From Pseudomonadota bacterium (lineage in GTDB: Bacteria > Bdellovibrionota_B > Oligoflexia > Oligoflexales > CAIMVM01), in NCBI GenBank assembly GCA_037142195.1, contig JBAXBA010000047.1, forward strand, positions 1-27,490: 27,490 nt of DNA. The letters run 5' to 3'. Shown in pieces: positions 9,701-16,780 of the stretch; position 1 is the stretch's first letter; each line of letters starts with the position of its first letter. The notes under the pieces were generated by a model. It made no database searches, was not told the origin of the DNA, and saw nothing but the letters and a program-made list of their open reading frames with translations. A program made the translations under genes and the position numbers.

Positions 9701-10016
9701 CATATCCCTTTAAGCTTAGAGGGTAAGCGATAACAGTATCCCGAACATCCAAAGATAGAGTTTGATTTTCGGCCAAATGCAGCTCAACACCATAAAATAA
9801 TCTGAAATCTTTTTGAAAATCATCATGTTTTTTCCCCTCTCGAAAAGCTCGGACAATTCCGTAAACGCCGTCATAATCACAAAATCCTAGGCCGCCATAG
9901 TCCAGGGACCTGGCTCTTTGAACAAACTCTTCAGGATGTCCAGCTCCTTTTAAGAAGCTGAAATTCGTATGGTTTGACCATTCGTACCATTTATATTTTT
10001 TAAGCAAAGATGCCAT
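6786..10016 (-). CDS. dnaE2: Error-prone DNA polymerase III alpha subunit (DnaE2/ImuC)
   Basis: HTNFSFL.GA.HPEE PHP start; QGRGSAANS; PPDIDVDFEH; HLGIHSGG; KIDILALG; YGFPESHAASFA; LLNSQPMGFY; OB-fold RQAPPTAK; C-terminal IRNFV, a variant of the DnaE2 SR[DN]F motif. Start moved to ATG 10016 (MASLLKK), overlapping the imuB end by 17 nt. Confidence 0.96.
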   Translation of the reverse strand: MASLLKKYKWYEWSNHTNFSFLKGAGHPEEFVQRARSLDYGGLGFCDYDGVYGIVRAFREGKKHDDFQKDFRLFYGVELHLAENQTLSLDVRDTVIAYPLSLKGYGNLCRIISKAHERGKHKPWISPQEILSLDCNEIIFIQPSRGLLRREDDSFSKRLKLFKEAFSGNFFQIFTRTLSPYTDFWQKKIIEETQALDIPIILSQDTFFPNPSQKFLHDLVQAIRLNSTLEEASEYLFVNDERSLHSLREIEARFSGYPFFEKSLKISQSLAERFHFDLVELRYRYPKELIPEGYDSQGWLEKVSYDAAKARYGIEVPKRVLEILKKELQLVKELGFSDYFLTVWEIVRWAREQGILCQGRGSAANSVICYVLSITAVDPGSFDVLFERFLSAERGDPPDIDVDFEHERREEVIQHIYEFYGRDRAAMVANVITFRTRGAMRAVGKALGICEELLNQVSEDKSTLALRGEGPEGILSFCEKEYSASNPEKPIPWGLWGSLAEALKGYPRHLGIHSGGFVITGEALTQFSPVEMATMENRQVIQWSKDDIETLNFFKIDILALGILTAIQKTMDLMAKNHGRHVTLATIPVEDPSTYEMISRADTVGTFQIESRAQMSMLPRLRPRTFYDLVIQVAIIRPGPIQGGFIHPFLKRRNGEEPIHYAHPKLIPILKRTLGVPLFQEQVMRIAMAVGGFNPGEADQLRRYLGSWQIKGDLGPWLIKLKAGMLKEKIHPQFIESTMRQMEGFSAYGFPESHAASFALIAYTSAWLKCHYPEAFFAALLNSQPMGFYSPHTLLQSARRDGVRILPPSVNHSEWDYSLETTAGSVRPFAIRMGLRSIKGVRRPAIDAMIHIRNRQGIWRDHERFIKESSVDRMTIASLAGAGALSEFGLTRRDAIWSALKAPCFGTLDEYEGGFKFPKETPGEMVDGDFKATDTSLYMHPTEVQKVYYWNYDLPSSDLTTSRQIPFRRDGEKLVVFGIVIVRQAPPTAKKILFLTLEDEFGFINCIVRPAIYERQPIDRELFLCLEGKLQKVGASHSFIVEKMIAKKEKVGDLISLQQQEEIRDASPLFAIRNFV

Positions 10017-11388
10017 GTTGATACCAAAATCCTTCCTGATCCTTAAACATCCAGTGACATTGTCCTTCAAGATCCTGACTGCTGTAGTAATCTCGACGAC
10101 CAAAATAACCTTTCTCCCACCAGCGAGAGGAGACCCGTTCTAAAAAATGTTTGGTTTTTGGTTCTTTGGCTGGTATCGGTATTTTCCACAAAAAAAGTGG
10201 GCGGTCTGAACTTCTAAAACATGTAGGGTTTAAGTGGCTTTGTCCTATTTCAATGGGTTTAAAGGAATGCTCAGGCCAGGGATCATCACTGAGCTCAAAT
10301 CTAAGAAGAGGTGCTACCAGTCGATTGCTGAGAGTCGCCACCTCGCTGGAGCGATCGGTATCACAAAAAAGAGATTTAAGTTCCTGGCGAGCAAAGGAAT
10401 GTTTTGTGATCTTTAAACACCAGCTTTTGAGTCCTAGCTTGTTATCCGTTTTTTGTATGGAAGAGTCTAAGGTTCCCCAAAAACCATGATAGATTTGTTT
10501 TAAAACGATCTTGGCATCTGGAAGATCCAAGGCGAGATTCATAGGCGATCTAAATAGAATCGGCACATTCAGATGAGTGTCTTTGTCTAGATGAACCGAC
10601 CAGCTCATTTCTAGAACTCTAAGATACGAGGGAAGGCTGCTGTAAAGCCTTCTTAGGTCTACCCGAAGTTCTTCTTCAACTTGATCCCATTGATTAAGAT
10701 CTTCATCTAAATCTCGAAAAATTTCATACTTTTTAGATTCTTCCCAAGTTTTCCATGGAAAATAAATTTGCCGAATATCTTTTTCTGGAGACCACCAGGT
10801 CCATTCCCATAGTCGCAGCCCCCAATCTGAGAATCGTCTCTCAATTTGGCTGTGGGGGATGTCAGACAATAAGTCGGGTTGTTTTATGCCAAGCCCAGCA
10901 AAGGAAGACTCCATTATATTTAAGATTTTTTCTAATCTTTTAGACTCCTGCTTCTGATTTGTGTCACGCAAGTGAAAACATACGTCACGTCCTAACGTCC
11001 AAAATTGATCCCAGCGTGTCTTAGAATAAAGCTTGGATGCGACCTGTGAGCTTTCTCCTACAAGACCATTGATCTGTCTTTCCTCCATACTGCGGTGCAG
11101 CAGAAGGGCTCTCCATGGATTTTGCGCAAATGAGGCCCGATAACAGGAGGCTTGACCAATGTGTGGCAGGGCTGCTTGATCAAACATCTTGTCTAAAAGA
11201 GACCTTAAGGTTTGAAGCAGGTCTTCACCGCCTACAGATTTCCAATAAGAGTCGACACTTTTTAAAGATATAAGCCACCTCTCAGAATCCCATGCCATAA
11301 TGTCAGGGGAGATTTCAGAGAGACGAGTCTTTTCATGGGCTCTTGCGTGATGAAGTGAAACGACCATAAAAGGGCCACTGAGGTACAT
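10000..11388 (-). CDS. imuB: ImuB-like inactive Y-family polymerase scaffold, highly divergent
   Basis: Lies between imuA and dnaE2; C-terminus RPLFLW...ERVSSRWW...RRDYY...W.F.D..G.W..HGIFA is the ImuB C-terminal signature; QELKSLF is a possible clamp-binding variant; AGGAG RBS. Confidence 0.8.
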   Translation of the reverse strand: MYLSGPFMVVSLHHARAHEKTRLSEISPDIMAWDSERWLISLKSVDSYWKSVGGEDLLQTLRSLLDKMFDQAALPHIGQASCYRASFAQNPWRALLLHRSMEERQINGLVGESSQVASKLYSKTRWDQFWTLGRDVCFHLRDTNQKQESKRLEKILNIMESSFAGLGIKQPDLLSDIPHSQIERRFSDWGLRLWEWTWWSPEKDIRQIYFPWKTWEESKKYEIFRDLDEDLNQWDQVEEELRVDLRRLYSSLPSYLRVLEMSWSVHLDKDTHLNVPILFRSPMNLALDLPDAKIVLKQIYHGFWGTLDSSIQKTDNKLGLKSWCLKITKHSFARQELKSLFCDTDRSSEVATLSNRLVAPLLRFELSDDPWPEHSFKPIEIGQSHLNPTCFRSSDRPLFLWKIPIPAKEPKTKHFLERVSSRWWEKGYFGRRDYYSSQDLEGQCHWMFKDQEGFWYQHGIFA

Positions 11389-11402
11389 AATGAACTCCTA
11401 TT

Positions 11403-11418
11403 CCATACATAAATATGG
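11403..11418. promoter_or_regulatory. Candidate LexA operator (CCATACATAAATATGG) overlapping the -10 of the imuB promoter
   Basis: CCATA-N6-TATGG palindrome; same CCATAC-N4-ATATGG as the site upstream of lexA. Confidence 0.75.
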
Positions 11419-11443
11419 TATATGTGAAGTTCTTTCTTGTCAA
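11415..11443 (-). promoter_or_regulatory. Sigma70 promoter for imuB-dnaE2
   Basis: Minus strand TTGACA (11443-11438), 17-nt spacer, TACCAT (11420-11415). Confidence 0.75.
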
Positions 11444-11460
11444 CATCGGTAGAAAATTAT

Positions 11461-12045
11461 TTATCGGGCGGGTGCCAAAGCGACTGTGAAGGAGCGTTCA
11501 TTATGTTTTAGAAGCACCGTATCAGGGCCGCTGGCGCTTACGTTTACCTTATGTCTTATGGTCGGATGAACAGATGGAATCGCCACATTTTGATTTTGAA
11601 GGATGACCAGAGATTTTTCTTTACGTCTTGCAATCTGTGATAGGAAAGCTTGATCTTCATTCGAAAAAACGATGCTATCAAGGATGATTAAAGGAAAAAT
11701 ATCAGAAAAAAATACTTCTTTTAATTCCGCTAAGGGGCTAGAGGAATACGAAAAATAGAGTTTGGAAAGATCAACTCCTCGCGAGGCCCAAGAGCTTGCA
11801 AGTATCTGAACGCTTTGTAGGCCCATAACCCATAAGACGCATTGTCGATTCTTCTGTTGACTCACAACCCACTTTAAGAGGATTTCCCGAACGCGACTTC
11901 CTAGAGAGCCTGTCCAGAGACTTACGCCCGGGAGTGGCAGTCCTCCCCCTAAAAAAAGATCCAGACTTTCATCGTCAGACGATAAAAAAGTATCACGAGC
12001 CATGGCAGAGGCTAGGTGAACGTGATTCGATATAGGATGAGGCAT
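11461..12045 (-). CDS. imuA: ImuA-like truncated RecA-fold protein
   Basis: SLDLFLGGGLP RecA-like N-terminus; degenerate P-loop TGSLGSRVRE without GKT; WASRGVDLSKL; Walker-B-like LIILDS; located between lexA and imuB. Start uncertain (12051, 12045 or 12003). Confidence 0.8.
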   Translation of the reverse strand: MPHPISNHVHLASAMARDTFLSSDDESLDLFLGGGLPLPGVSLWTGSLGSRVREILLKWVVSQQKNRQCVLWVMGLQSVQILASSWASRGVDLSKLYFSYSSSPLAELKEVFFSDIFPLIILDSIVFSNEDQAFLSQIARRKEKSLVILQNQNVAIPSVHPTIRHKVNVSASGPDTVLLKHNERSFTVALAPAR

Positions 12046-12062
12046 AATCAATCTTTAATGAA

Positions 12063-12722
12063 TTAGAAAATTCTTTGCAAAGCGACGACTCGTCCCACAA
12101 TTTCAAAGGGGGACGTAATCACATTAAAATCTGGGTTTTCTGGTTTTAGGGCCCATTTTCCTCTTACTTTAGCGAGTCGCTTTACGGTGGCATCGCCGTC
12201 GAGGCGCGCAATGACAATATCTCCCAAAGCAGCGACAGGAGTACTTTCTACTATAAGCCAGTCCCCATCTAAAATGCCTGCCCCGATCATCGAGTCGCCG
12301 GTAGCGGCCAAAGCAAAAAGATTGTCTAACAGACCCTTTTTGGGCTTTGCATTTTTTGAGACAAGGCTTTTGGAAATCAATAGAGTTCCCACTTTTTCTT
12401 CAATGGCGAGAATAGGGTTTCCTGCTGGTACATTGCCCAATTTGGGAATTTGAAAAAAATCTTCAACCGCGGACTTTGCGACCCCTAACAGTTCTTCTGC
12501 TTTTTCCGTGAGCCTTAGAGAGCGTGATAAATGTTTTTCAGGTATTGATAAGAAGCCTTTCTTTTGAAGCGCTTTTACCACATCTTGTGCGGATCCAACC
12601 GCGCCGTAGCCCATCTCTTGAGCTAATTCTCTTAAGGTTGGGCTAGAGCCGCTATCTTCTAAAAAAGAACGAAAGCATTTTAGGGCTTTAAATTGGGCTG
12701 GGGTAAGGTCTAAGGTCTGCAT
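12063..12722 (-). CDS. lexA: LexA repressor
   Basis: LTPAQ...PTLRELA...LQKKG winged HTH; VPAG Ala-Gly cleavage site; GDSM catalytic Ser; ATVKR catalytic Lys; LKPENP; GGAGG RBS. Confidence 0.96.
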   Translation of the reverse strand: MQTLDLTPAQFKALKCFRSFLEDSGSSPTLRELAQEMGYGAVGSAQDVVKALQKKGFLSIPEKHLSRSLRLTEKAEELLGVAKSAVEDFFQIPKLGNVPAGNPILAIEEKVGTLLISKSLVSKNAKPKKGLLDNLFALAATGDSMIGAGILDGDWLIVESTPVAALGDIVIARLDGDATVKRLAKVRGKWALKPENPDFNVITSPFEIVGRVVALQRIF

Positions 12723-12754
12723 GGAGCCTCCATTTTGGCTTACATTAAGATATG

Positions 12755-12783
12755 ACCATACACCATACTGACATATGGTTCAA
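12755..12783 (-). promoter_or_regulatory. Sigma70 promoter for lexA-imuA
   Basis: Minus strand TTGAAC (12783-12778), 17-nt spacer, TATGGT (12760-12755). Confidence 0.6.
12763..12778. promoter_or_regulatory. Candidate LexA operator (CCATACTGACATATGG) in the lexA promoter spacer
   Basis: ACCATA-N6-TATGGT palindrome with an extra ACCATAC half-site immediately left (12755-12761). Confidence 0.75.
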
Positions 12784-12933
12784 GACTTTTTTGGCATCGT
12801 AATGGCAATGCCTCATTTGCATGAATCGGGAAAATATAATGAAAAAGAGATTTAGTCTCGCTGGCTTGGTTCCTGCTTACCAGCATTTCACAACCAGATT
12901 CGCAATATCCCAACTTCGAAACTCCTTCATGAA

Positions 12934-13007
12934 GTGGCTCAAACCCCTGAAAGTGGGTGGCTCAATCTTGGTGAAATCAGGTGGCTCAACCTAGGTGAAA
13001 TCCAGCA
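12934..13007. mobile_element. Orphan IS21-family-like terminal end with three internal repeats and no transposase
   Basis: GTGGCTCAA at 12934, 12957 and 12981 (23-24 nt period), each followed by ...TGAAA; array ends in GCA at 13007, reading TGCTGGATTTCACCTAGGTTGAGCCACC from the other strand. A TG terminus with multiple subterminal repeats is typical of IS21 ends. Confidence 0.6.
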
Positions 13008-13012
13008 TAAAA

Positions 13013-13843
13013 TTAAAAACAACCACAGTTAGCAGTACTCTGTGAGATATTTAGATCCAAAAAGACTCCCGATGTGAAATTGGACTTAGAGCTTCTAGAA
13101 ATTTGGCACCAACGAGCACAGCCTGACATGCAAAACAAAAAAGACTCGGCAATATTTCCGGGATCGCAACTATCTTCCGACTTAGAGTCGCCACTTCCAG
13201 ACGTTAAAGCAGCGTTCAAGTCTTTTAAAGGAACATTAAAAAGAGCCGGCATATTTTGGCAAGCACCTTCGCCGTTGGGACTATGCGCTCCCTGCCTTTG
13301 ACTTTCGGAGCAAGTTTTTGCCAAAGATTCTAGCGCAGCATCAGGTACAAAAAAATCAGAACAAGGTCTGACATCAGCTTTATATAGGAGACTCAGTGGA
13401 TTCGTCTCGTCTAAAATAATATTTGGATTTAAAGGATCCTTTGCAAATTGACCATCCGCTTTCTTTCGAGTCGCATAAATGGAAAGACCATTATTTCCAT
13501 TTATTTTTTCACAGCGAGCTGAAATGGTCCAGCCTCCAAGTTTTCCATTGGGAGGAACCAAAATAGTGCTGTTTTTATCTCTCAGTGTAACTGGTCCAGA
13601 GCATTTAACGGGCCGACTCGGCCCAAAAGAATCCAGGGTCATAAGACAACTTAGTCGTGAGTTAAGAGTTTGCTTAATATCCTGCAACTCGGATCTCATA
13701 CTTGAAGACTTTGAAGCCTTCATAGCAGTCATATTCATATTCATGAGAATCATTCCTGCAGTGGAAAGTATCCCTATTGTAACCATAGCCTCTAGAAGAG
13801 AAAAACCTCTCTTAGAAAGAATAGTGCTAGGAGCAACCTTCAT
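13013..13843 (-). CDS. Type IV pilin/pseudopilin-like protein with Cys-rich C-terminal domain
   Basis: Prepilin peptidase site KRG/FSLLE followed by a hydrophobic helix; 12 Cys. ATG 13843 preferred over GTG 13870 because a promoter-like element ends at 13875. Confidence 0.85.
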   Translation of the reverse strand: MKVAPSTILSKRGFSLLEAMVTIGILSTAGMILMNMNMTAMKASKSSSMRSELQDIKQTLNSRLSCLMTLDSFGPSRPVKCSGPVTLRDKNSTILVPPNGKLGGWTISARCEKINGNNGLSIYATRKKADGQFAKDPLNPNIILDETNPLSLLYKADVRPCSDFFVPDAALESLAKTCSESQRQGAHSPNGEGACQNMPALFNVPLKDLNAALTSGSGDSKSEDSCDPGNIAESFLFCMSGCARWCQISRSSKSNFTSGVFLDLNISQSTANCGCF

Positions 13844-13874
13844 ATAAAACGCTTTCAAACCTAAGAACACATCC

Positions 13875-13901
13875 TCATCGACTGTTTTTGAAATTAATTA
13901 A
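13875..13901 (-). promoter_or_regulatory. Putative sigma28/FliA-type promoter of the pilin-like gene
   Basis: Minus strand TTAA-N15-GTCGATGA. Confidence 0.45.
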
Positions 13902-14249
13902 GGAACTCGCTCAAAGTAGTATATAAGTTATTAATTGTAGGCTATTGCTGCGAAGTTTCTGGCTTACAGTGCCAAAGATGTTTGATTTCTTATGAAGAAA
14001 TCTCTGATTCCATCAGAGATAAACCCGTTCCAATCTCGGCCTGTAAGCTACCTGGGTTCCCTACTTACAGAAACTTTTTGTCGAGAAAGTACCGCTCTGA
14101 AATCCAAGTCCAGCTAGAGATAGTTCTAATTTCTCAAAAAAAATTCTGCAAAACTTCCAGGATGCCCCGGAAAGTCGTGACCTTAGGAAATCAAATGAAT
14201 CAAGGACCTCGCATGGAGTCTCGTTCACCGAACCTGCTTCAGCCCTCTA

Positions 14250-15497
14250 TCAAGACAAAGAACGCAGGACGCGAATTCTCTCTAAAAGTGGCGGGTGAGA
14301 GTGGTAGAAAGCTGAATAAATAGGGTGCGAGAGAGGCATCGCATGACTCGTCTCCCGAAGCTTTAACAGCGCGTTTACAAGTTCATCAGCGCTTTCATAA
14401 GTCTTCGCAAATCTATCTGCAGCAAACTCATTACGCCTACTCATCCAAGCAGATAGGGGCTGAAAATAAAATTGAATCAGTCCAAACCAGAGAGAAAACA
14501 CGACTAAAGCGGCGTGATAAGAGACTTGGTGAAAGCCCAGAGCTTCATAAAAAGGAAGAAGAGGCAATGCTTTCGACAAGAGAAAGAAGGAAACACCCAT
14601 CATGGCGATACCGCGCAAAAGGCTCCAGCGCACATGCTTTAATTTAAAATGACCCAGTTCATGGGCCAAAACGGCAGATACTTGCGTCGGAGTCATAGCT
14701 TGAACCAATGTGTCAAATAAAACAATTTTCTTCTTTCCAAAGACACCTGTGAAATACGCATTTCCGTGAGAGCTTCGTTTAGAAGCATCCATGACTGAAA
14801 CATCGCCAGCTGGAAATTCGACGCGAGCAGCAAGCGCTTGAATTTTTTCTTTGAGCTCACCTTCAGGGAGGGGCTGAAACTTATTAAATAAGGGGGCTAA
14901 AAAAGATGGGAATACCCAAGCTAGAAAAATGCTAAAGAAAGCAACTAAAGCCCATGCCCAAATCCACCAACTCTCACCCAGGCGGTCCATCACCCAAATC
15001 AGTCCAGAAATTAATAAGCCACCAAGAAGGGAGCCAAGCATTGCACCCTTCAGGACATCACCAAAGAATCCCTTTAATGTTTGACGATTAAAGCCGTGTT
15101 TTTCTTCAATTACAAAAGTGGAATACAAACTTAAAGGAATACTTAAAATAGAGCTCAAAATAGAAAGTCCAGCAAAGAAAACGAGGGCATGAGATATGCT
15201 TCCCGTCCACAGACTATGAGAAATTTGCAATGACCAATCATCAAGTAAACCGAAACCACCCACATACCAAAAAATCGAAAAAGCCAAAAGAGACAACCAA
15301 GAAGATATGAGTCCAAAAGACTGTTTGTCTTTAGAATAGGAACTGGCTTTTTCTAAGTCTGAAGTCGATATCCCTAAAACATCAGAAGCTTCCTTTTGCC
15401 GTTCAGGATTTTGAAAATATTGGCGATTGATTAAAGAAAGAAGGGTTTCCATCAATTCCTGGATACAACGAAATATCCAAAACACAGCTACCAACAT
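14250..15497 (-). CDS. M48 family (Ste24/CAAX-like) membrane zinc metalloprotease
   Basis: Multiple TM helices; IEEKHGFN; DASKRSSHGNAYFTG; HELGH; EFAAD; SHPPLLERI. Confidence 0.95.
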   Translation of the reverse strand: MLVAVFWIFRCIQELMETLLSLINRQYFQNPERQKEASDVLGISTSDLEKASSYSKDKQSFGLISSWLSLLAFSIFWYVGGFGLLDDWSLQISHSLWTGSISHALVFFAGLSILSSILSIPLSLYSTFVIEEKHGFNRQTLKGFFGDVLKGAMLGSLLGGLLISGLIWVMDRLGESWWIWAWALVAFFSIFLAWVFPSFLAPLFNKFQPLPEGELKEKIQALAARVEFPAGDVSVMDASKRSSHGNAYFTGVFGKKKIVLFDTLVQAMTPTQVSAVLAHELGHFKLKHVRWSLLRGIAMMGVSFFLLSKALPLLPFYEALGFHQVSYHAALVVFSLWFGLIQFYFQPLSAWMSRRNEFAADRFAKTYESADELVNALLKLRETSHAMPLSHPIYSAFYHSHPPLLERIRVLRSLS

Positions 15498-16027
15498 AAG
15501 GCTGCCCCAATAATTGAGTAATTAAAGTATAAATAAGTCGCACTAAGAATTACATAAAAACCCTTATCATGCAGCTCAAATCTAAGCCTGAACTCGTTTT
15601 CGCTCACTAGGACCTTAAAAGTGAGAAGAGGGCAGCTTTCTTGTTGCCAGATAGAAATAGACTCTTTTATCCAAAAACAACGAAGAGTGCCAAATGATAC
15701 CATATTGAAAGTCACAAAAGACGCGAATTGCAGATTCCGAAGTCGTCAGCAAAAAAATGGCATTAAGATCTGAATAAAAGTGATAGTTGGGCCGATAATA
15801 AATAAACGCATAGATTTACTTGCGCAAAAATTGCACACAAGCTGCCGCAGAGGCAAAATGTAATAAATTCATGGAAATGCTCGCAATAGCGTTTAAATGG
15901 GCGGCAAATATGCAACGAATCGTGTAAGATATTGGGATATCGTGTGTTCCGAGAAGATTAAGTAGAAACACCCCGAAGATACAACCTTAAAACATGCGAA
16001 ACTGAGGTTGGCAAAACGGAGATAAGA

Positions 16028-16693
16028 ATGAATCAAGTAGCCGAGTCACTCAAAGTAGTAATTATTGATGATCATGAAGTAGTTCGAGAAGGACTCGTGA
16101 TTGTCATCAACAGCCAGCCTGACATGAAAGTGGTGGGCGAGGCGAACACCGCTAAAGAGGGACTCGAACTCATTCGAAAGACGAAACCGCATCTCATCAT
16201 TACCGATATTTCTTTACCTGGAGAAGATGCTTTCGAATACACAAAAGAGTTTCGTTTAGCAGCGCCGGGCTCTAAAGTTATATTTCTTTCCGCATACACT
16301 ACAGACATTAACCTGGAAAGAGCCATAAGGTCTGGCGGCGCTGGTTTTATTGCAAAGTCTGAGCCTTCCTTGAAAATTGTAACGGCTCTAAGAGATGTCT
16401 TTAAGGGGAGCTCCTATTTTTCATCTGAAGCTGCAGAAAGAATTGTAAATTTGCCACATGATCAAGTTGAGTTAGGCAAAGTGGTTATAAAGCGTGAGCT
16501 GTTAAGCCCGAGGGAGCTTGAGGTTTTATGCAGTGTCGCTAAAGGACTTACCGCGAAAGAAATTGCAAAGTCTTTAAATATCAGTTCGAAAACAGTGGAA
16601 CGTCATAAGTCAAACATCATGGCAAAACTAAGCATTCACACACAGGTCGATTTGACTAGATACGCGATTCGAGAAGGCTTAATTCCTGCTTGA
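16028..16693 (+). CDS. NarL/FixJ-family response regulator (REC plus LuxR HTH)
   Basis: IIDDHEVVREG; TDISLPG phospho-Asp; FLSA; FIAK; LSPRELEVL...KEIAKSLNISSKTVERHKSNIM. Confidence 0.95.
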   Translation: MNQVAESLKVVIIDDHEVVREGLVIVINSQPDMKVVGEANTAKEGLELIRKTKPHLIITDISLPGEDAFEYTKEFRLAAPGSKVIFLSAYTTDINLERAIRSGGAGFIAKSEPSLKIVTALRDVFKGSSYFSSEAAERIVNLPHDQVELGKVVIKRELLSPRELEVLCSVAKGLTAKEIAKSLNISSKTVERHKSNIMAKLSIHTQVDLTRYAIREGLIPA

Positions 16694-16780
16694 TTTTGGT
16701 GTGGTGTGAGACACCTTCCTTTTCCTCGCCAGATGGTCTCTCCTCGTTTAGCAAGTGCGTCTACCTAGGCCATTTTGGAT

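Noticed and set aside
10017..10103. 29-codon N-terminal extension of DnaE2 in the ORF track
   Set aside because: Lies inside the conserved imuB C-terminus; DnaE2 similarity starts after ATG 10016.
12934..13007. Repeat array as a mini-CRISPR
   Set aside because: A 23-24 nt period leaves no room for spacers, and there are no cas genes.
13982..14323. 113-aa plus-strand ORF
   Set aside because: TTG start, no motif, and overlaps the 3' end of the M48 protease on the opposite strand.
16687..16715. TGCTTGATTT...TGAGACACC as the partner IS21 end
   Set aside because: Only partial similarity, faces away from the 13007 end, overlaps the regulator stop codon and has no internal repeats.
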